This document shows, piece by piece, positions 19,657-29,445 of a stretch of 39,965 nucleotides of DNA. Made by a program: the position numbers and the translations under genes. The first letter of the stretch is position 1; each line of letters opens with the position of its first letter. Under the pieces are notes generated by a model, which was given only the letters and a program-made list of their open reading frames with translations, ran no database searches and was not told where the DNA came from. This DNA comes from Pseudomonadota bacterium (lineage in GTDB: Bacteria; Bdellovibrionota_F; JAHFAK01; JBDREC01): positions 1 through 39,965 of the forward strand of contig JBDREC010000089.1 of the NCBI GenBank assembly GCA_043820105.1. The letters run 5' to 3'.

Positions 19657-21261
19657 ATGATTAAAACTATTACAAAATTTTTCGCGCCAGCAGCTTTTGT
19701 TTTTCTGGGCTTTGGTGTTTTAAGTTTTATATTCGATATCTTACTTGGTAAAGGCACCAAGCTATCATATTATCCGATAATAAACTTCTCCTTAGGTGTT
19801 TTGTGCATTGTACTTTATTTGGTCTTTCATGGATCAAACCTAAAGAGCATGTATAAAGCAAGGGCTACCCGCTATGGTCTTGGGGCTATTTTATATGTAA
19901 TGTTCTTTTTTGGCATTATCATTTTTATAAATGTCATTGTTGTGGTTTATCCTCCTTTTTCCATGAGAGCTGACCTAACTGAAAACAAAGTCTATTCATT
20001 ATCTGATCAGTCAATTAAGCTTTGCAAAAACATAAAAACTGCTGTTGAAATTACTGGCTTTTATGATATTGGCGCGCCTGAAAGAGCCGCCTTAAAGGAC
20101 TTGCTTGATAGATATACATATTATACTAAAAGAATTAAATATAATTTTTTAGATGCTGATTCAAACCCACAACAAGCAAAGGAACTAGAAGTTTCAAATG
20201 GAATGCTAATCTTAAAAGCAGGCAACAACACAACAAAAGTATCTCAAATCTCTGAAAATGAAATCACTAATGCACTAATCCAGATTACAAAAACTGCAAA
20301 CAAGAAGATTTACTTCCTGCAAGGTCATGGAGAGGGTAATTTTGAAGATGAAAAGGAACAGGGTTTTTCAATATTAAAAAATTTCATAGTAAATGAAGGT
20401 TATGAATTTAACACTTTGAATCTTAGTGAGCTTGAACAAGTTCCACAAGATTGCAATGTTCTAGTTGTTTTAGGTCCTAAAGAAAATATTGAAGAAATCG
20501 AAAGATTAAAAGTTGAAGCTTATTTAAAAGAGGGTGGTCAGGCGGTTTTTCTTTTGGATCCTATTTATAATTTTGATCAAACTGCAATAATCAATCTTGG
20601 ATTTAATACAATAATGAACAAATGGGGAATTGAATTAAACAATGATATTATTTTCCATGAATTAGAAATACCAGCTGTTCTTCAAAATCTCGTTGGCAGA
20701 CAATTAAAGCCTCAGGCAGTTGTCGCGAAATATGAAATTCATCCCATCACAAAAGACTTTGATAGAAAATCTACTTTTCAATATGCTCGCTCTCTCAAAC
20801 ATGGTCAAACCCCAGATGGTGTGCTTGTTACAGAGCTTATTAAAACTGAAGCAGATGTTTTTTGGGGTGAAACTAACATAAAAGGTATAAAAGAAAGAGA
20901 TATTATAATTGATGATAAAGATAATAAGGGTGAATTGTTAGTTGCATCTATTATTACTGCAAAAACTCAAGCTGTAAATAAAAGAAATGAAGAAACAAAA
21001 ATTATTGTTTTTGGAAATTCAACCTTTATTACAAATGGATTCATTGCAGGAACAAGCCACTTAGATTTAATCCTAAATTGCTTGAATTTTTTAACGGGTG
21101 AAGAAGAAAAAATTTCCATTAGACCCAAGATGATAAAACATTCAACAATTGTATGGTCAGAAGAACAAGCAGCAAGAATTTTCTATGTTTCAGTTCTTAT
21201 TTTACCTCAAATCATTTTATTGCTTGGACTATTTATTTGGGGATGGAGAAAAAACAAATGA
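19657..21261 (+). CDS. GldG-family ABC auxiliary protein
   Basis: DLTENKVYSLSDQS, IYFLQGHGE, HPITK, ISIRPK; N- and C-terminal TM helices. Confidence 0.9.
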   Translation: MIKTITKFFAPAAFVFLGFGVLSFIFDILLGKGTKLSYYPIINFSLGVLCIVLYLVFHGSNLKSMYKARATRYGLGAILYVMFFFGIIIFINVIVVVYPPFSMRADLTENKVYSLSDQSIKLCKNIKTAVEITGFYDIGAPERAALKDLLDRYTYYTKRIKYNFLDADSNPQQAKELEVSNGMLILKAGNNTTKVSQISENEITNALIQITKTANKKIYFLQGHGEGNFEDEKEQGFSILKNFIVNEGYEFNTLNLSELEQVPQDCNVLVVLGPKENIEEIERLKVEAYLKEGGQAVFLLDPIYNFDQTAIINLGFNTIMNKWGIELNNDIIFHELEIPAVLQNLVGRQLKPQAVVAKYEIHPITKDFDRKSTFQYARSLKHGQTPDGVLVTELIKTEADVFWGETNIKGIKERDIIIDDKDNKGELLVASIITAKTQAVNKRNEETKIIVFGNSTFITNGFIAGTSHLDLILNCLNFLTGEEEKISIRPKMIKHSTIVWSEEQAARIFYVSVLILPQIILLLGLFIWGWRKNK

Positions 21262-23018
21262 AATGGTATCGCTTTTTAATAATGTTTGTTGTTTTTATTG
21301 TACTATTTGCTTTTGCTCATTTTGCCCTCAAAGACAAGGAAGAGGCTGATGTCAAAAAAGCAGCTTCAAATAAAGTTTTTGCAGAAAACATCAGCAGTTC
21401 TGTTGAAATAATTATTTCAAGCCAGAAATGGGGGAAATTATCATTTTTACGGAACGCTGAAAACAACTGGCAAATATCCAGTCCCATAGAATATGAAGCT
21501 GACAATGAAATCATTAATAATATTATTGATACATCTATTAAACTTGAAATAAATAAAGATCTTGGAAAGCATGAAGATATTTCTTCCTTTGGATTAAATG
21601 AAAGTGGAGTGGAACTGACCTTTCGTCTTTCAGGATCCGAAAAAATCTATGTTCTAAAAATTGGTGACGAAAGCCCTGACAAGACTTCTCTATATGCAAA
21701 AAGAAATGACGAAGATAGAATTCTAATGATTCCAACATCTATTAAGACATATCTAGACAAGGACCTTTCTGGGTTTAGGGAAAAAAGTATCCATAAAATA
21801 AAACAAGAGGATATTACTGCTTTAGATATTACTAATGAAAACAACAGTTTCAAATTTGAACTAAGTGACAATACCTGGAAACTTCTTAAGCCTCTTGCAA
21901 TAACAGCTAACGAGACATCTATAAACAATCTTTTAAATGCAATTGCGAGTACAAAGGCAAAGGACTTTCCAAGTAATTCATCTGAAAACCTTTCGAAATA
22001 TGGCCTGGAAAAACCAAAAATCGTTACTTCATTAAAATTAAGTGATAATCGAGATATTGAAACATTGCTTTCCTATAAAGAAGTTCAGGGTATAATAAAA
22101 TACTATTTAAAAACAAATCAGAAACCGAATGTTTTTGAAATCGATGAAGCTACTTTTAATAAGCTTAATATTAAATTCGCGGATATTATTGATAAAAAAA
22201 TGCTTGATCTTAAGCAAGAAGATATTACAAAACTAGCTTTAAAGAAAGCAGCTAAAAAAGAAGTGCTAGAGCTTATCAAAATTGAAAATTCCTGGAAATT
22301 ATCAGGGGATGATAACTTTGCTGTTTCAACAGATGAGTTAACAACAATTTTAAGTCAACTCAGCAATTTATTATTTGATAATATTTTTACTGAAAAGAAT
22401 GCAAAACTTAAATATTTTGCAAGCAAAGAAGAATTTAATATATCTGTTTACAAAAACACAAGCGAAAATGCTCAAACCCTTTATTTTAGTCAGCTATATG
22501 AAGATGATAATGTTAAATTCAGGTATTTATACAAAGACAATTCTGAATTTGTTTATAAGATAAAAGAACCAAAGATTAATAGCTTAAACTTTGATAAAGA
22601 TAAAATACACATGAAAAAGGCTTTCTCAATTAAGAAGTGGAAATTTGATAAAATTATTCTTGCATGCAATGATATTAAGACCACCTATTTCAAGAAAGCA
22701 AGCGGAGATAAAATTATTTGGGTTAAAGATAACAATGGCAAAGAAACCCAAAAACCTGAAGAGATTGATGAATTTAAAAATAACCTTTCAAAAATAGAGG
22801 CCGTTTCATTCGTTCAAGATGGATCAAAAGAGTCTTTTGGTCTGGCAAGTGAATCTTGCAAGATTGAAGCTTTTGACAAAGATGGATTAAAAGAAGTAAT
22901 AGTAATTGGAGATAAAAAAGGAAATCAAAGATACTGCAAGCGATTAAATGACAATGAAATCTGGTTATTTGATGATACAATTTATGATAAAATAATAAAT
23001 TCAACAAAGGGGAAATAA
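21258..23018 (+). CDS. DUF4340 repeat protein
   Basis: Start at ATGA overlap (MKWYRFL), one TM helix, repeated W-x-x-x-x-P...AD/AN...FGL/YGL...IGD units; typical fourth gene of Gld-like operons. Confidence 0.85.
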   Translation: MKWYRFLIMFVVFIVLFAFAHFALKDKEEADVKKAASNKVFAENISSSVEIIISSQKWGKLSFLRNAENNWQISSPIEYEADNEIINNIIDTSIKLEINKDLGKHEDISSFGLNESGVELTFRLSGSEKIYVLKIGDESPDKTSLYAKRNDEDRILMIPTSIKTYLDKDLSGFREKSIHKIKQEDITALDITNENNSFKFELSDNTWKLLKPLAITANETSINNLLNAIASTKAKDFPSNSSENLSKYGLEKPKIVTSLKLSDNRDIETLLSYKEVQGIIKYYLKTNQKPNVFEIDEATFNKLNIKFADIIDKKMLDLKQEDITKLALKKAAKKEVLELIKIENSWKLSGDDNFAVSTDELTTILSQLSNLLFDNIFTEKNAKLKYFASKEEFNISVYKNTSENAQTLYFSQLYEDDNVKFRYLYKDNSEFVYKIKEPKINSLNFDKDKIHMKKAFSIKKWKFDKIILACNDIKTTYFKKASGDKIIWVKDNNGKETQKPEEIDEFKNNLSKIEAVSFVQDGSKESFGLASESCKIEAFDKDGLKEVIVIGDKKGNQRYCKRLNDNEIWLFDDTIYDKIINSTKGK

Positions 23019-23354
23019 TTGAAAAAACTTAACTTTGAAATTATGGATGCTCAATCTCAATCTTTATATTCTCCTCCTGTTGATTTTTATGAAGATCTAG
23101 ATTGCTATTTTTTAATAATTGAATTGCCTGGTTTAAATGAAGAAGAAATAAAGGTTAAAATTGAAAACAATGAACTAACAATATCTGGAACAAAGAAAAC
23201 AGACCAATTTAGTAAGTACAAAACCGTTAGAAGCGAAAGAGCCTTTGGCCCCTTCATTAGAAAAATGAAACTTGGATTTAAATTAAAGGAAAATATGATT
23301 GAAAAAACTTATATCGATGGAATTTTAAAGCTTAAAATTACAAAGAAAGGCTGA
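23019..23354 (+). CDS. Hsp20/alpha-crystallin family protein (short)
   Basis: PPVDFYE, IELPGL, LTISG, ERAFGPFIR, DGILKLKITK; TTG start. Confidence 0.85.
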   Translation: MKKLNFEIMDAQSQSLYSPPVDFYEDLDCYFLIIELPGLNEEEIKVKIENNELTISGTKKTDQFSKYKTVRSERAFGPFIRKMKLGFKLKENMIEKTYIDGILKLKITKKG

Positions 23355-23357
23355 AAA

Positions 23358-23660
23358 ATGAATGATGTCAATTTTACTTTAAAAAAAGAACAAGAAAAGC
23401 AAAAAGAGGAATTAAAAGATAGTGGATTAACCTTTTCATCCTTTATCTTTTCACTATCAAGCTCAGCCCTAATCAGTCTGGGTCAAATGGCAAATCCCCT
23501 GACAAATGAAGTTGAAAAGAATCTTGAACTAGCCAAACAAAACATCGATATTCTAAGTATCATCAAAGATAAAACAAAGAGCAATTTAACAGAAGATGAA
23601 GAAAAACTTCTATCCGACATCCTTTATAATTTGCGAATGAAATATTTAGCAGAGAAGTAA
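23358..23660 (+). CDS. DUF1844 family protein
   Basis: FSSFIFSLSSSALISLGQMANP..LELAKQNIDIL..KTKSNLTEDE..LYNLRMKY. Confidence 0.9.
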   Translation: MNDVNFTLKKEQEKQKEELKDSGLTFSSFIFSLSSSALISLGQMANPLTNEVEKNLELAKQNIDILSIIKDKTKSNLTEDEEKLLSDILYNLRMKYLAEK

Positions 23661-23667
23661 AAATACT

Positions 23668-23705
23668 TGTTCCCTTGTTCCCTTGCGCTTTTGTTCTCTT
23701 CTTAA
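23668..23705 (-). repeat. 38-bp dispersed repeat, copy 2
   Basis: Reverse complement is 35/38 identical to 9611-9648; it follows the epimerase stop codon. Confidence 0.85.
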
Positions 23706-24736
23706 TGCAACAACTCAACAGGCAAAACACCAAGTCCGGTACTCTTTGGAATTATCAACAGATTATTATTAAAATAAGCTCCTTTGAAAGGATCTTCTTC
23801 AATTAAAATTATACTATCAAGATCAACAAAATCAGCAAGAGGCATTATATGGGCAGCTGCTGTTATTCCAAGTGAGCTTTCAATCCTACAACCTAGAAGT
23901 ATCTTTAGGCTGTGCTTTCTGGCTTCTGTGATCATTTCAATTGCTTTGTAAATTCCACCAACTTTTTGGATTTTAATATTAACACCATCAGCAAGCTCTG
24001 CGTATCTAATAATATCATTTAAACACGTGATATCTTCATCAAGTATTATTGGCATTTTACAGTGTTTTTTTATTTCTTTAATGCCTTCTTTTGAACCTGC
24101 TTTTATTGGTTGTTCAATAAATTCAACAAAATCATATTTTTCCAGAGCCTGTATTTTTTTTATGGCCTCATCAACTTCCCAATCTTCATTTACGTCAATC
24201 CAAATTTTTGCTCTTGTTTTTTGGTGAACATGTTGAGCTATATCTAAATCTGTATCTTTGTTATATTTAATTTTTATAATTGGACTATGCTTATATTCTT
24301 CACACATAATATTTAACCGATCAAGCTTGAGCTGATCAATACTAATAGTTTTAGCAGATGGTCTTATGGCTTCTCTATCTAAACCCAATAACTCATATAC
24401 AGGTTTATTCATAAGTTTGCCATTGATATCGTAAAGAGCCATATCAATGGCTGCTTTTGCGGCACGCTGATTTGGGTCAACTTCATCAAGCCTATCCAGT
24501 ATCCCCTTAATATCAAGCGGATCATTTCCAAGTTTGTCTGAAACATTAAATAAAAAATTAACAACAGATTCTATACTTTCACCGAATCTGGCAGATGGAA
24601 CAGCCTCACCCAAACCAAAAAGCCTGCCATATATTACTTCAACAAGCACAATATCCTTTTCTTTTATTGCTTCAGACCTAGAGATCCTCCAGCTTCTTTT
24701 TAATTTTATTTTTGCTTTAGAAACTTTAAGTTGCAT
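23702..24736 (-). CDS. Enolase-superfamily dipeptide epimerase / N-acyl amino acid racemase (L-Ala-D/L-Glu epimerase or DgcA-like)
   Basis: GLGEA, AIDMALYD, KIK, DVNE, EQP, ILDE, GVNIK, GCRIES, DLD. Confidence 0.88.
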   Translation of the reverse strand: MQLKVSKAKIKLKRSWRISRSEAIKEKDIVLVEVIYGRLFGLGEAVPSARFGESIESVVNFLFNVSDKLGNDPLDIKGILDRLDEVDPNQRAAKAAIDMALYDINGKLMNKPVYELLGLDREAIRPSAKTISIDQLKLDRLNIMCEEYKHSPIIKIKYNKDTDLDIAQHVHQKTRAKIWIDVNEDWEVDEAIKKIQALEKYDFVEFIEQPIKAGSKEGIKEIKKHCKMPIILDEDITCLNDIIRYAELADGVNIKIQKVGGIYKAIEMITEARKHSLKILLGCRIESSLGITAAAHIMPLADFVDLDSIILIEEDPFKGAYFNNNLLIIPKSTGLGVLPVELLH

Positions 24737-25778
24737 TTTTTCCTCTTTTATTTATTTGTTTAATAAATGAATCCACAATATTTCCCATTCCAAATTTAAC
24801 CGGGTCATTAGTGGGAAGCCCCGTATATTCTTCTGTTTCCTTAATTACTAATCTCGCTTCATCAATTGAAAGATCTCTACAATTCAAAGCAATTCCTATC
24901 ACTTTTGCTTTCCGATAATATGGAGTAATATCTTCATAGACCCTTATTGCTTCTTTTAAATCAGGTATTTCAAACTTAGATTCTTTAATATATTTTCTTG
25001 AAGGCTCATGGCATAGAATCATATATTGCGGTAAAGCTCCATGAATAAGACCCATTGTCACACCAGAATATCCAATATGAAATAATGAACCTTGACCTTC
25101 AACTGAAATAACATCAGCATCTTTTCCATACTTCATAATTAGTTCTTCTGTTGTCCCAGACATAAAGTCACCAATAACACGATCTATGGCCAGACCATAA
25201 CCTTCTATTAAAATACCAATTTGCCCAGTGGGAATAAAAACTGAATTTATCTTTCTTTTCTTTAATGCTCTGTCAAAGATTATAGAAGCTGTCATTTTTC
25301 CAATCTTACAATCAGTGCCAACTGTAAGGACAATATTGGAATTTAGGTTCATAACCTTTCCGGTTCCAACTGGCCCGTTTTTAGGAACATCCCTAACATC
25401 CCATAGCTTAACCCCACAGCGCTTTGCCTCTTTGCTTAAAAGCTCATCAGAATTTAACATGAAGTGCAGTCCAGAATATATTGATAAACCATATCTAATT
25501 GCAAATAAAAGATCTGATTTCCATTCTTCTGGAAGCATACCACCTTTTGGAGCAATTCCAATTATCATTGCTTCAGGTTTAAATTCAAGCGTGTCTTCAA
25601 TGCTTGCATATATCATTACATCACTGGGCAAGTCAGGAAAATATTTTTTAACTGAATTTCCTCTTATACTAGAATCAACAACTCCTACAATATCATAAGT
25701 AGAAAATCTTAAAACCCCGAGGGCAAGTTTTGAGTACTCGCCAGCGAACTGTCCTTGTGCATAAATGATTACTCTCAA
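24726..25778 (-). CDS. DUF1611 family protein (DgcN-like N-acetyltransferase)
   Basis: GIAPKGG, SGLH, VGTDCKIGKM, TGQIGI, DFMSG, VEGQGSLFH, LIHG, LCH, GLPTNDPV. Confidence 0.9.
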   Translation of the reverse strand: MRVIIYAQGQFAGEYSKLALGVLRFSTYDIVGVVDSSIRGNSVKKYFPDLPSDVMIYASIEDTLEFKPEAMIIGIAPKGGMLPEEWKSDLLFAIRYGLSIYSGLHFMLNSDELLSKEAKRCGVKLWDVRDVPKNGPVGTGKVMNLNSNIVLTVGTDCKIGKMTASIIFDRALKKRKINSVFIPTGQIGILIEGYGLAIDRVIGDFMSGTTEELIMKYGKDADVISVEGQGSLFHIGYSGVTMGLIHGALPQYMILCHEPSRKYIKESKFEIPDLKEAIRVYEDITPYYRKAKVIGIALNCRDLSIDEARLVIKETEEYTGLPTNDPVKFGMGNIVDSFIKQINKRGKNAT

Positions 25779-25782
25779 TTTT

Positions 25783-26655
25783 TTAGTCTCCTGTTAAAAG
25801 CGCTTTTTCTAAATTACCTGCACATGATTTTAATTTTTCAAAGGCCTTTTGTACAGAAATATTTTGCTTTTGAGATAAAATTGATACCTTAAGGTCATCT
25901 TTTGCACTTTTCAAAATAGTATGAGCTTCTTTTTCTGATATATTTAGCTCTTTTGATAAAATATTAAGTTGCCTTTTTCTTAATTTTTCGTTTGTACAGG
26001 CAACGTTGGTCATTAGATTTCCATAGGTTTTGCCTAGTTTTATCATTGAAAGAGTAGAAATCATATTAAGAATTATTTTTTGGCTTGTTCCTGCTTTTAG
26101 CCTGGAAGAACCAAGAATGATTTCTTCGCCCAAGGAGGGGCTAATTACAATGTCATATTTATAAATAAGGTTTTGCTTGTTTTGCCCGGTTGTAACTAAA
26201 ATGGTAAAAGCCTTTTTTCTTTTAGCATAATTCAAGGCTGAAAGGGTAAAGGGTGTTGTTCCACTGGCACTAATGCCAATGCAAATATCGTTTTTATTTA
26301 GCTTTCTTTTTTTAAGTTCTTCAACTGAAGCCTTCTTATCATCTTCAGCGCCTTCCACTGCCTTATAAATCGCCTTTTTACCTCCAGCCATGATTGGAAT
26401 AACCTGATCATCAAACACTGAAAACGTTGGAGCAAGCTCAGCTGCATCTAAATATCCCAATCTTCCTGAAGTCCCAGCACCTATATAAAAAAGCCTGCCA
26501 GCTGTTGATAAAGCATTAACAACTTCTCTTATAGCTTTATTAATTCGGGGAAGTTCTTTTTTAATGGATGAAATGACCTTGATATCATCTTCATTCATTT
26601 TTTTAGATATTTGAGCTATGCTTAAGCTCCTTAGATTCTTTTTACTTTGCTGCAC
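25783..26655 (-). CDS. murQ: N-acetylmuramic acid 6-phosphate etherase
   Basis: GRLFYIGAGTSGRLGYLDAAE..PTF, AVEGAED, GISASGTTP, GSSRLKAGTSQKIILNMIST, GNLM. Confidence 0.95.
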   Translation of the reverse strand: MQQSKKNLRSLSIAQISKKMNEDDIKVISSIKKELPRINKAIREVVNALSTAGRLFYIGAGTSGRLGYLDAAELAPTFSVFDDQVIPIMAGGKKAIYKAVEGAEDDKKASVEELKKRKLNKNDICIGISASGTTPFTLSALNYAKRKKAFTILVTTGQNKQNLIYKYDIVISPSLGEEIILGSSRLKAGTSQKIILNMISTLSMIKLGKTYGNLMTNVACTNEKLRKRQLNILSKELNISEKEAHTILKSAKDDLKVSILSQKQNISVQKAFEKLKSCAGNLEKALLTGD

Positions 26656-27265
26656 TTTTTCTTTTCCTTTTCATGCTAATAAGACCTGATTTAATTAAAT
26701 CATCACTATATTTATAAAAAAGAGTTTCTTCATTTTCAACCATTTTGCTTGTAATGTAAGCTATTTCTGAAAACCTTAATCTGTTTTGCTTGGTTGAAAA
26801 ATCCAATCCATACTGCTCACAATGAGCAGCAATTAGAATTCCTTTTTTAGAGTAATCAAAAACATATGGCCAGGCAAAACACAAAAGAGGTTTAATGCCC
26901 TGAATAGAACATCGATATTTCTCTTTATCCAGCAAATTACAGTGCCCTCTTTTGGGAAGCTTAAGCATACAAACTCCCTGAGAATAATAATTATGATATT
27001 CATCATACAATTGAAAATGTTTTAACAAAGAATTATCAAGAAAGTGAGCAACGTCTACAAGATACAAAGGAATATAAGCCACATTTTTATGCATGCAACA
27101 GCGTGCCTTACATTTAAAGCAGGGATTTTCTTTAAGGACTTTCTTTGGAAGATTGGATTCTTTTTTTAGTATTTTTAAATAGCTTTTATGGTATTTGTCA
27201 TCTGTTTCTTTTTTGTCTTTTAGAATTTTAAGTAGCTTTTCAAAATATGTTGATTCACCTTTCAT
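26642..27265 (-). CDS. YkgJ / CxxCxxCC family cysteine-cluster (Zn/Fe-binding) protein
   Basis: CFKCKARCC, HCNLLD, CSIQGIKPLLCFAWP. Confidence 0.85.
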   Translation of the reverse strand: MKGESTYFEKLLKILKDKKETDDKYHKSYLKILKKESNLPKKVLKENPCFKCKARCCMHKNVAYIPLYLVDVAHFLDNSLLKHFQLYDEYHNYYSQGVCMLKLPKRGHCNLLDKEKYRCSIQGIKPLLCFAWPYVFDYSKKGILIAAHCEQYGLDFSTKQNRLRFSEIAYITSKMVENEETLFYKYSDDLIKSGLISMKRKRKSAAK

Positions 27266-28058
27266 TAATAGCCGCCTCTAAAGTTTTAATAATTTTTTTA
27301 AAATCATCACATCGAAACTTATAAAAATCAATTGATTCCATAAGGCTTACTTTACAATAAGGAAGCATTGAATTCTTTCGTATTAGCCTATTACCTGCTT
27401 CGTGTGATATTTTAGCGAATTCACATGCTTTAACTCTTGCTCTTTTAAAAAAAACAACTTTTTTCAAATAGGTTTTTTCTTTCTGATTTCTCTGGCTTAA
27501 TTTGAATATATAGGGAGCAACTTCTAGTTTTTTATAATTTTTAATGTTTTTTTTAATAACCTCATAGCCTTTATAAGAGCTCACAACCAGGCGAGGCAAA
27601 GGTAAAACTTCATTTGTTTTTACATTTATCAAGGCTATTTCATCTGATAAATACTTATAACCAAGCTCAGCCATTTTAATTGATATTAAAGACTTGCCTG
27701 AGAATTTATTAGCAGAAATCACAATTGCTTTTTCGCCCTTTGCAAATACAGCTGCATGAATTTTTGCATAAGCAGACTCCAGGTGCACAATGTCTTTAAT
27801 TAAATACCATTCAAAATTCGCAAGCAAATCCCAATAATCATTGGCTACATAATCTAGATTTTGATTTTCATAAATTTCATATTCATTATTTTTATTATAA
27901 ATAAGAGTATATATTTTGGATATTTTGCTTGTTTGCTTACTGTTTATAAAGGAAAAAAAATAAGGGCTCAGATCTTTTACAAGATTTTCAAAAAGATCCT
28001 GACTATTTGATTTCACAGAAATTAATTTATTATTTAAGTCAATAATCTTGGAAAACAC
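27255..28058 (-). CDS. HPr-kinase-related P-loop protein
   Basis: IHAAVF..AIVISANKFSGKS..GYKYLSDEIALI..PLPR; GTG start directly after the PqqD stop. Confidence 0.75.
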   Translation of the reverse strand: MFSKIIDLNNKLISVKSNSQDLFENLVKDLSPYFFSFINSKQTSKISKIYTLIYNKNNEYEIYENQNLDYVANDYWDLLANFEWYLIKDIVHLESAYAKIHAAVFAKGEKAIVISANKFSGKSLISIKMAELGYKYLSDEIALINVKTNEVLPLPRLVVSSYKGYEVIKKNIKNYKKLEVAPYIFKLSQRNQKEKTYLKKVVFFKRARVKACEFAKISHEAGNRLIRKNSMLPYCKVSLMESIDFYKFRCDDFKKIIKTLEAAINER

Positions 28059-28331
28059 TTATGCCTTTCTAACAAGATCTTGATTTTCAAGTTCACTTAC
28101 TATTTTTTTAATATCAATTAAAGCTTGTTTCTTATTCACTTCATATCTAGTCTTAAGCTCTTCAGCTATTTCATCCAGGGTATTATTACCAGTGCATGCC
28201 TTCCATATCAAAGTACTTGTTGCATTCAAGGTTAAAACCTTTGAACCATCTTGATTAAACAAAAGAATTTCATCACCAACTGGTCTTTGAATAATTCCCC
28301 TGGATTTTTTAAATTTATCATTATTTTTCAT
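28059..28331 (-). CDS. PqqD-family RiPP recognition element
   Basis: VGDEILLF..LTLNATSTLIWKACTG..TLDEIAEELKTRYEV..ALIDI..L...DLV. Confidence 0.92.
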   Translation of the reverse strand: MKNNDKFKKSRGIIQRPVGDEILLFNQDGSKVLTLNATSTLIWKACTGNNTLDEIAEELKTRYEVNKKQALIDIKKIVSELENQDLVRKA

Positions 28332-29422
28332 TAATTATATTTCTCATAATAAATTAAACTTAGCTTTTTTATCTCATCATACATTTCTTTGCAACCATTA
28401 AAACCAAATGTCTTTGGATAACCATGGTATAAAGGAGCTTGTCTGCACATACCACAAACAGGCTTATATTCGCATTTTAAGCATTCTGAATTTGGGACAT
28501 TAATTTTTAGGATATCTTTTACCTTTTTAATGATATCATCATCTGAACACTCTTCACTTATTATTGAAACAGGCTCATCAAGTTCACATCTTCTCAAATT
28601 TCCATAACAATCAATTTCAAGTAAAGTGCCACCAAAGCACCCATAAAATGCAGACTCAAAACTTAGCATCTTCCTTTGAAAATCCCCTGGAGAGAAGCCT
28701 AAAAACCATATTGGTTCAACATGTGTATACTTTTTCATTATTAGAGAATGGTATTTTGCAGATGCCTCCATATATTCTTCTAAGGTTAAGACCATTTTCA
28801 TAACAGCTGCTTTTGTTGAGTGCCTATGTCCTTTGGGAAAATGTAGGATTGGGTGAACAAAGTGAGATATTTTGCAGCTATTTCTTTGTCCTAGATTATT
28901 TAAATAAATTAAAAGAGGCTCAAGTTCTTTAAAGTTATTCTTTGTTAAGGTTGTTTTAATTGAAGTGCTAATATTGGCGTTAAAATATTTTTCAAAATTA
29001 CCAATTACACTTTTATAGGATTTTCTGGTAAATTCATGAACTTTATCAATACCATCAACACTGACACTTACAGAAAATAAGTTATTATCAACTTTTAGTT
29101 TTTTGTTTGTTAAAATCTTGTCCGGAATATTAAAACCATTTGTAACATATGTAAGGCAAACACCATTATTAACAAGATAATCAATAAAGCTGTAAACAGC
29201 CTTTGAAGTCAATATTTCTCCGCCTGATAGCTGAAGGCGAAGTTGGGCATTTCCTAAGTGCTTTAGCAAGGCATCTATTATTTTTTTTCTGAAACTATAA
29301 GTGATGTATTTTTTCTTGTTTTTTTTTTCGATATAACAATAAGGACATGAAAAATTACAATTCTTGGTAATTTCCATAACAATATTACAAAATTGAAGTT
29401 GCTTTGGTAAGATCTTGGTCAT
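28331..29422 (-). CDS. Radical SAM/SPASM-domain peptide maturase
   Basis: CNFSCPYC (CxxxCxxC), SGGE, VTNG, VSVDG. SPASM cysteines: CFGG..IDCYGNLRRC..CLKCEYKPVCGMC..GC. Confidence 0.92.
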   Translation of the reverse strand: MTKILPKQLQFCNIVMEITKNCNFSCPYCYIEKKNKKKYITYSFRKKIIDALLKHLGNAQLRLQLSGGEILTSKAVYSFIDYLVNNGVCLTYVTNGFNIPDKILTNKKLKVDNNLFSVSVSVDGIDKVHEFTRKSYKSVIGNFEKYFNANISTSIKTTLTKNNFKELEPLLIYLNNLGQRNSCKISHFVHPILHFPKGHRHSTKAAVMKMVLTLEEYMEASAKYHSLIMKKYTHVEPIWFLGFSPGDFQRKMLSFESAFYGCFGGTLLEIDCYGNLRRCELDEPVSIISEECSDDDIIKKVKDILKINVPNSECLKCEYKPVCGMCRQAPLYHGYPKTFGFNGCKEMYDEIKKLSLIYYEKYN

Positions 29423-29445
29423 TTATTTTATAAATTTCTAATAAG

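Noticed and set aside
21153-21257. N-terminal extension of the DUF4340 ORF
   Set aside because: It overlaps the GldG-like gene by about 100 nt; the ATGA-coupled start at 21258 is more plausible.
18093-23018. Gld-like operon as evidence of Bacteroidetes-type gliding
   Set aside because: GldA/F/G-like ABC plus DUF4340 operons are widespread, and no T9SS or motor genes are present here.
28059-29422. PqqD plus rSAM as PQQ biosynthesis, or the cassette as a lasso peptide cluster
   Set aside because: There is no pqqA/B/C, and no asparagine-synthetase-like cyclase or B2 protease.
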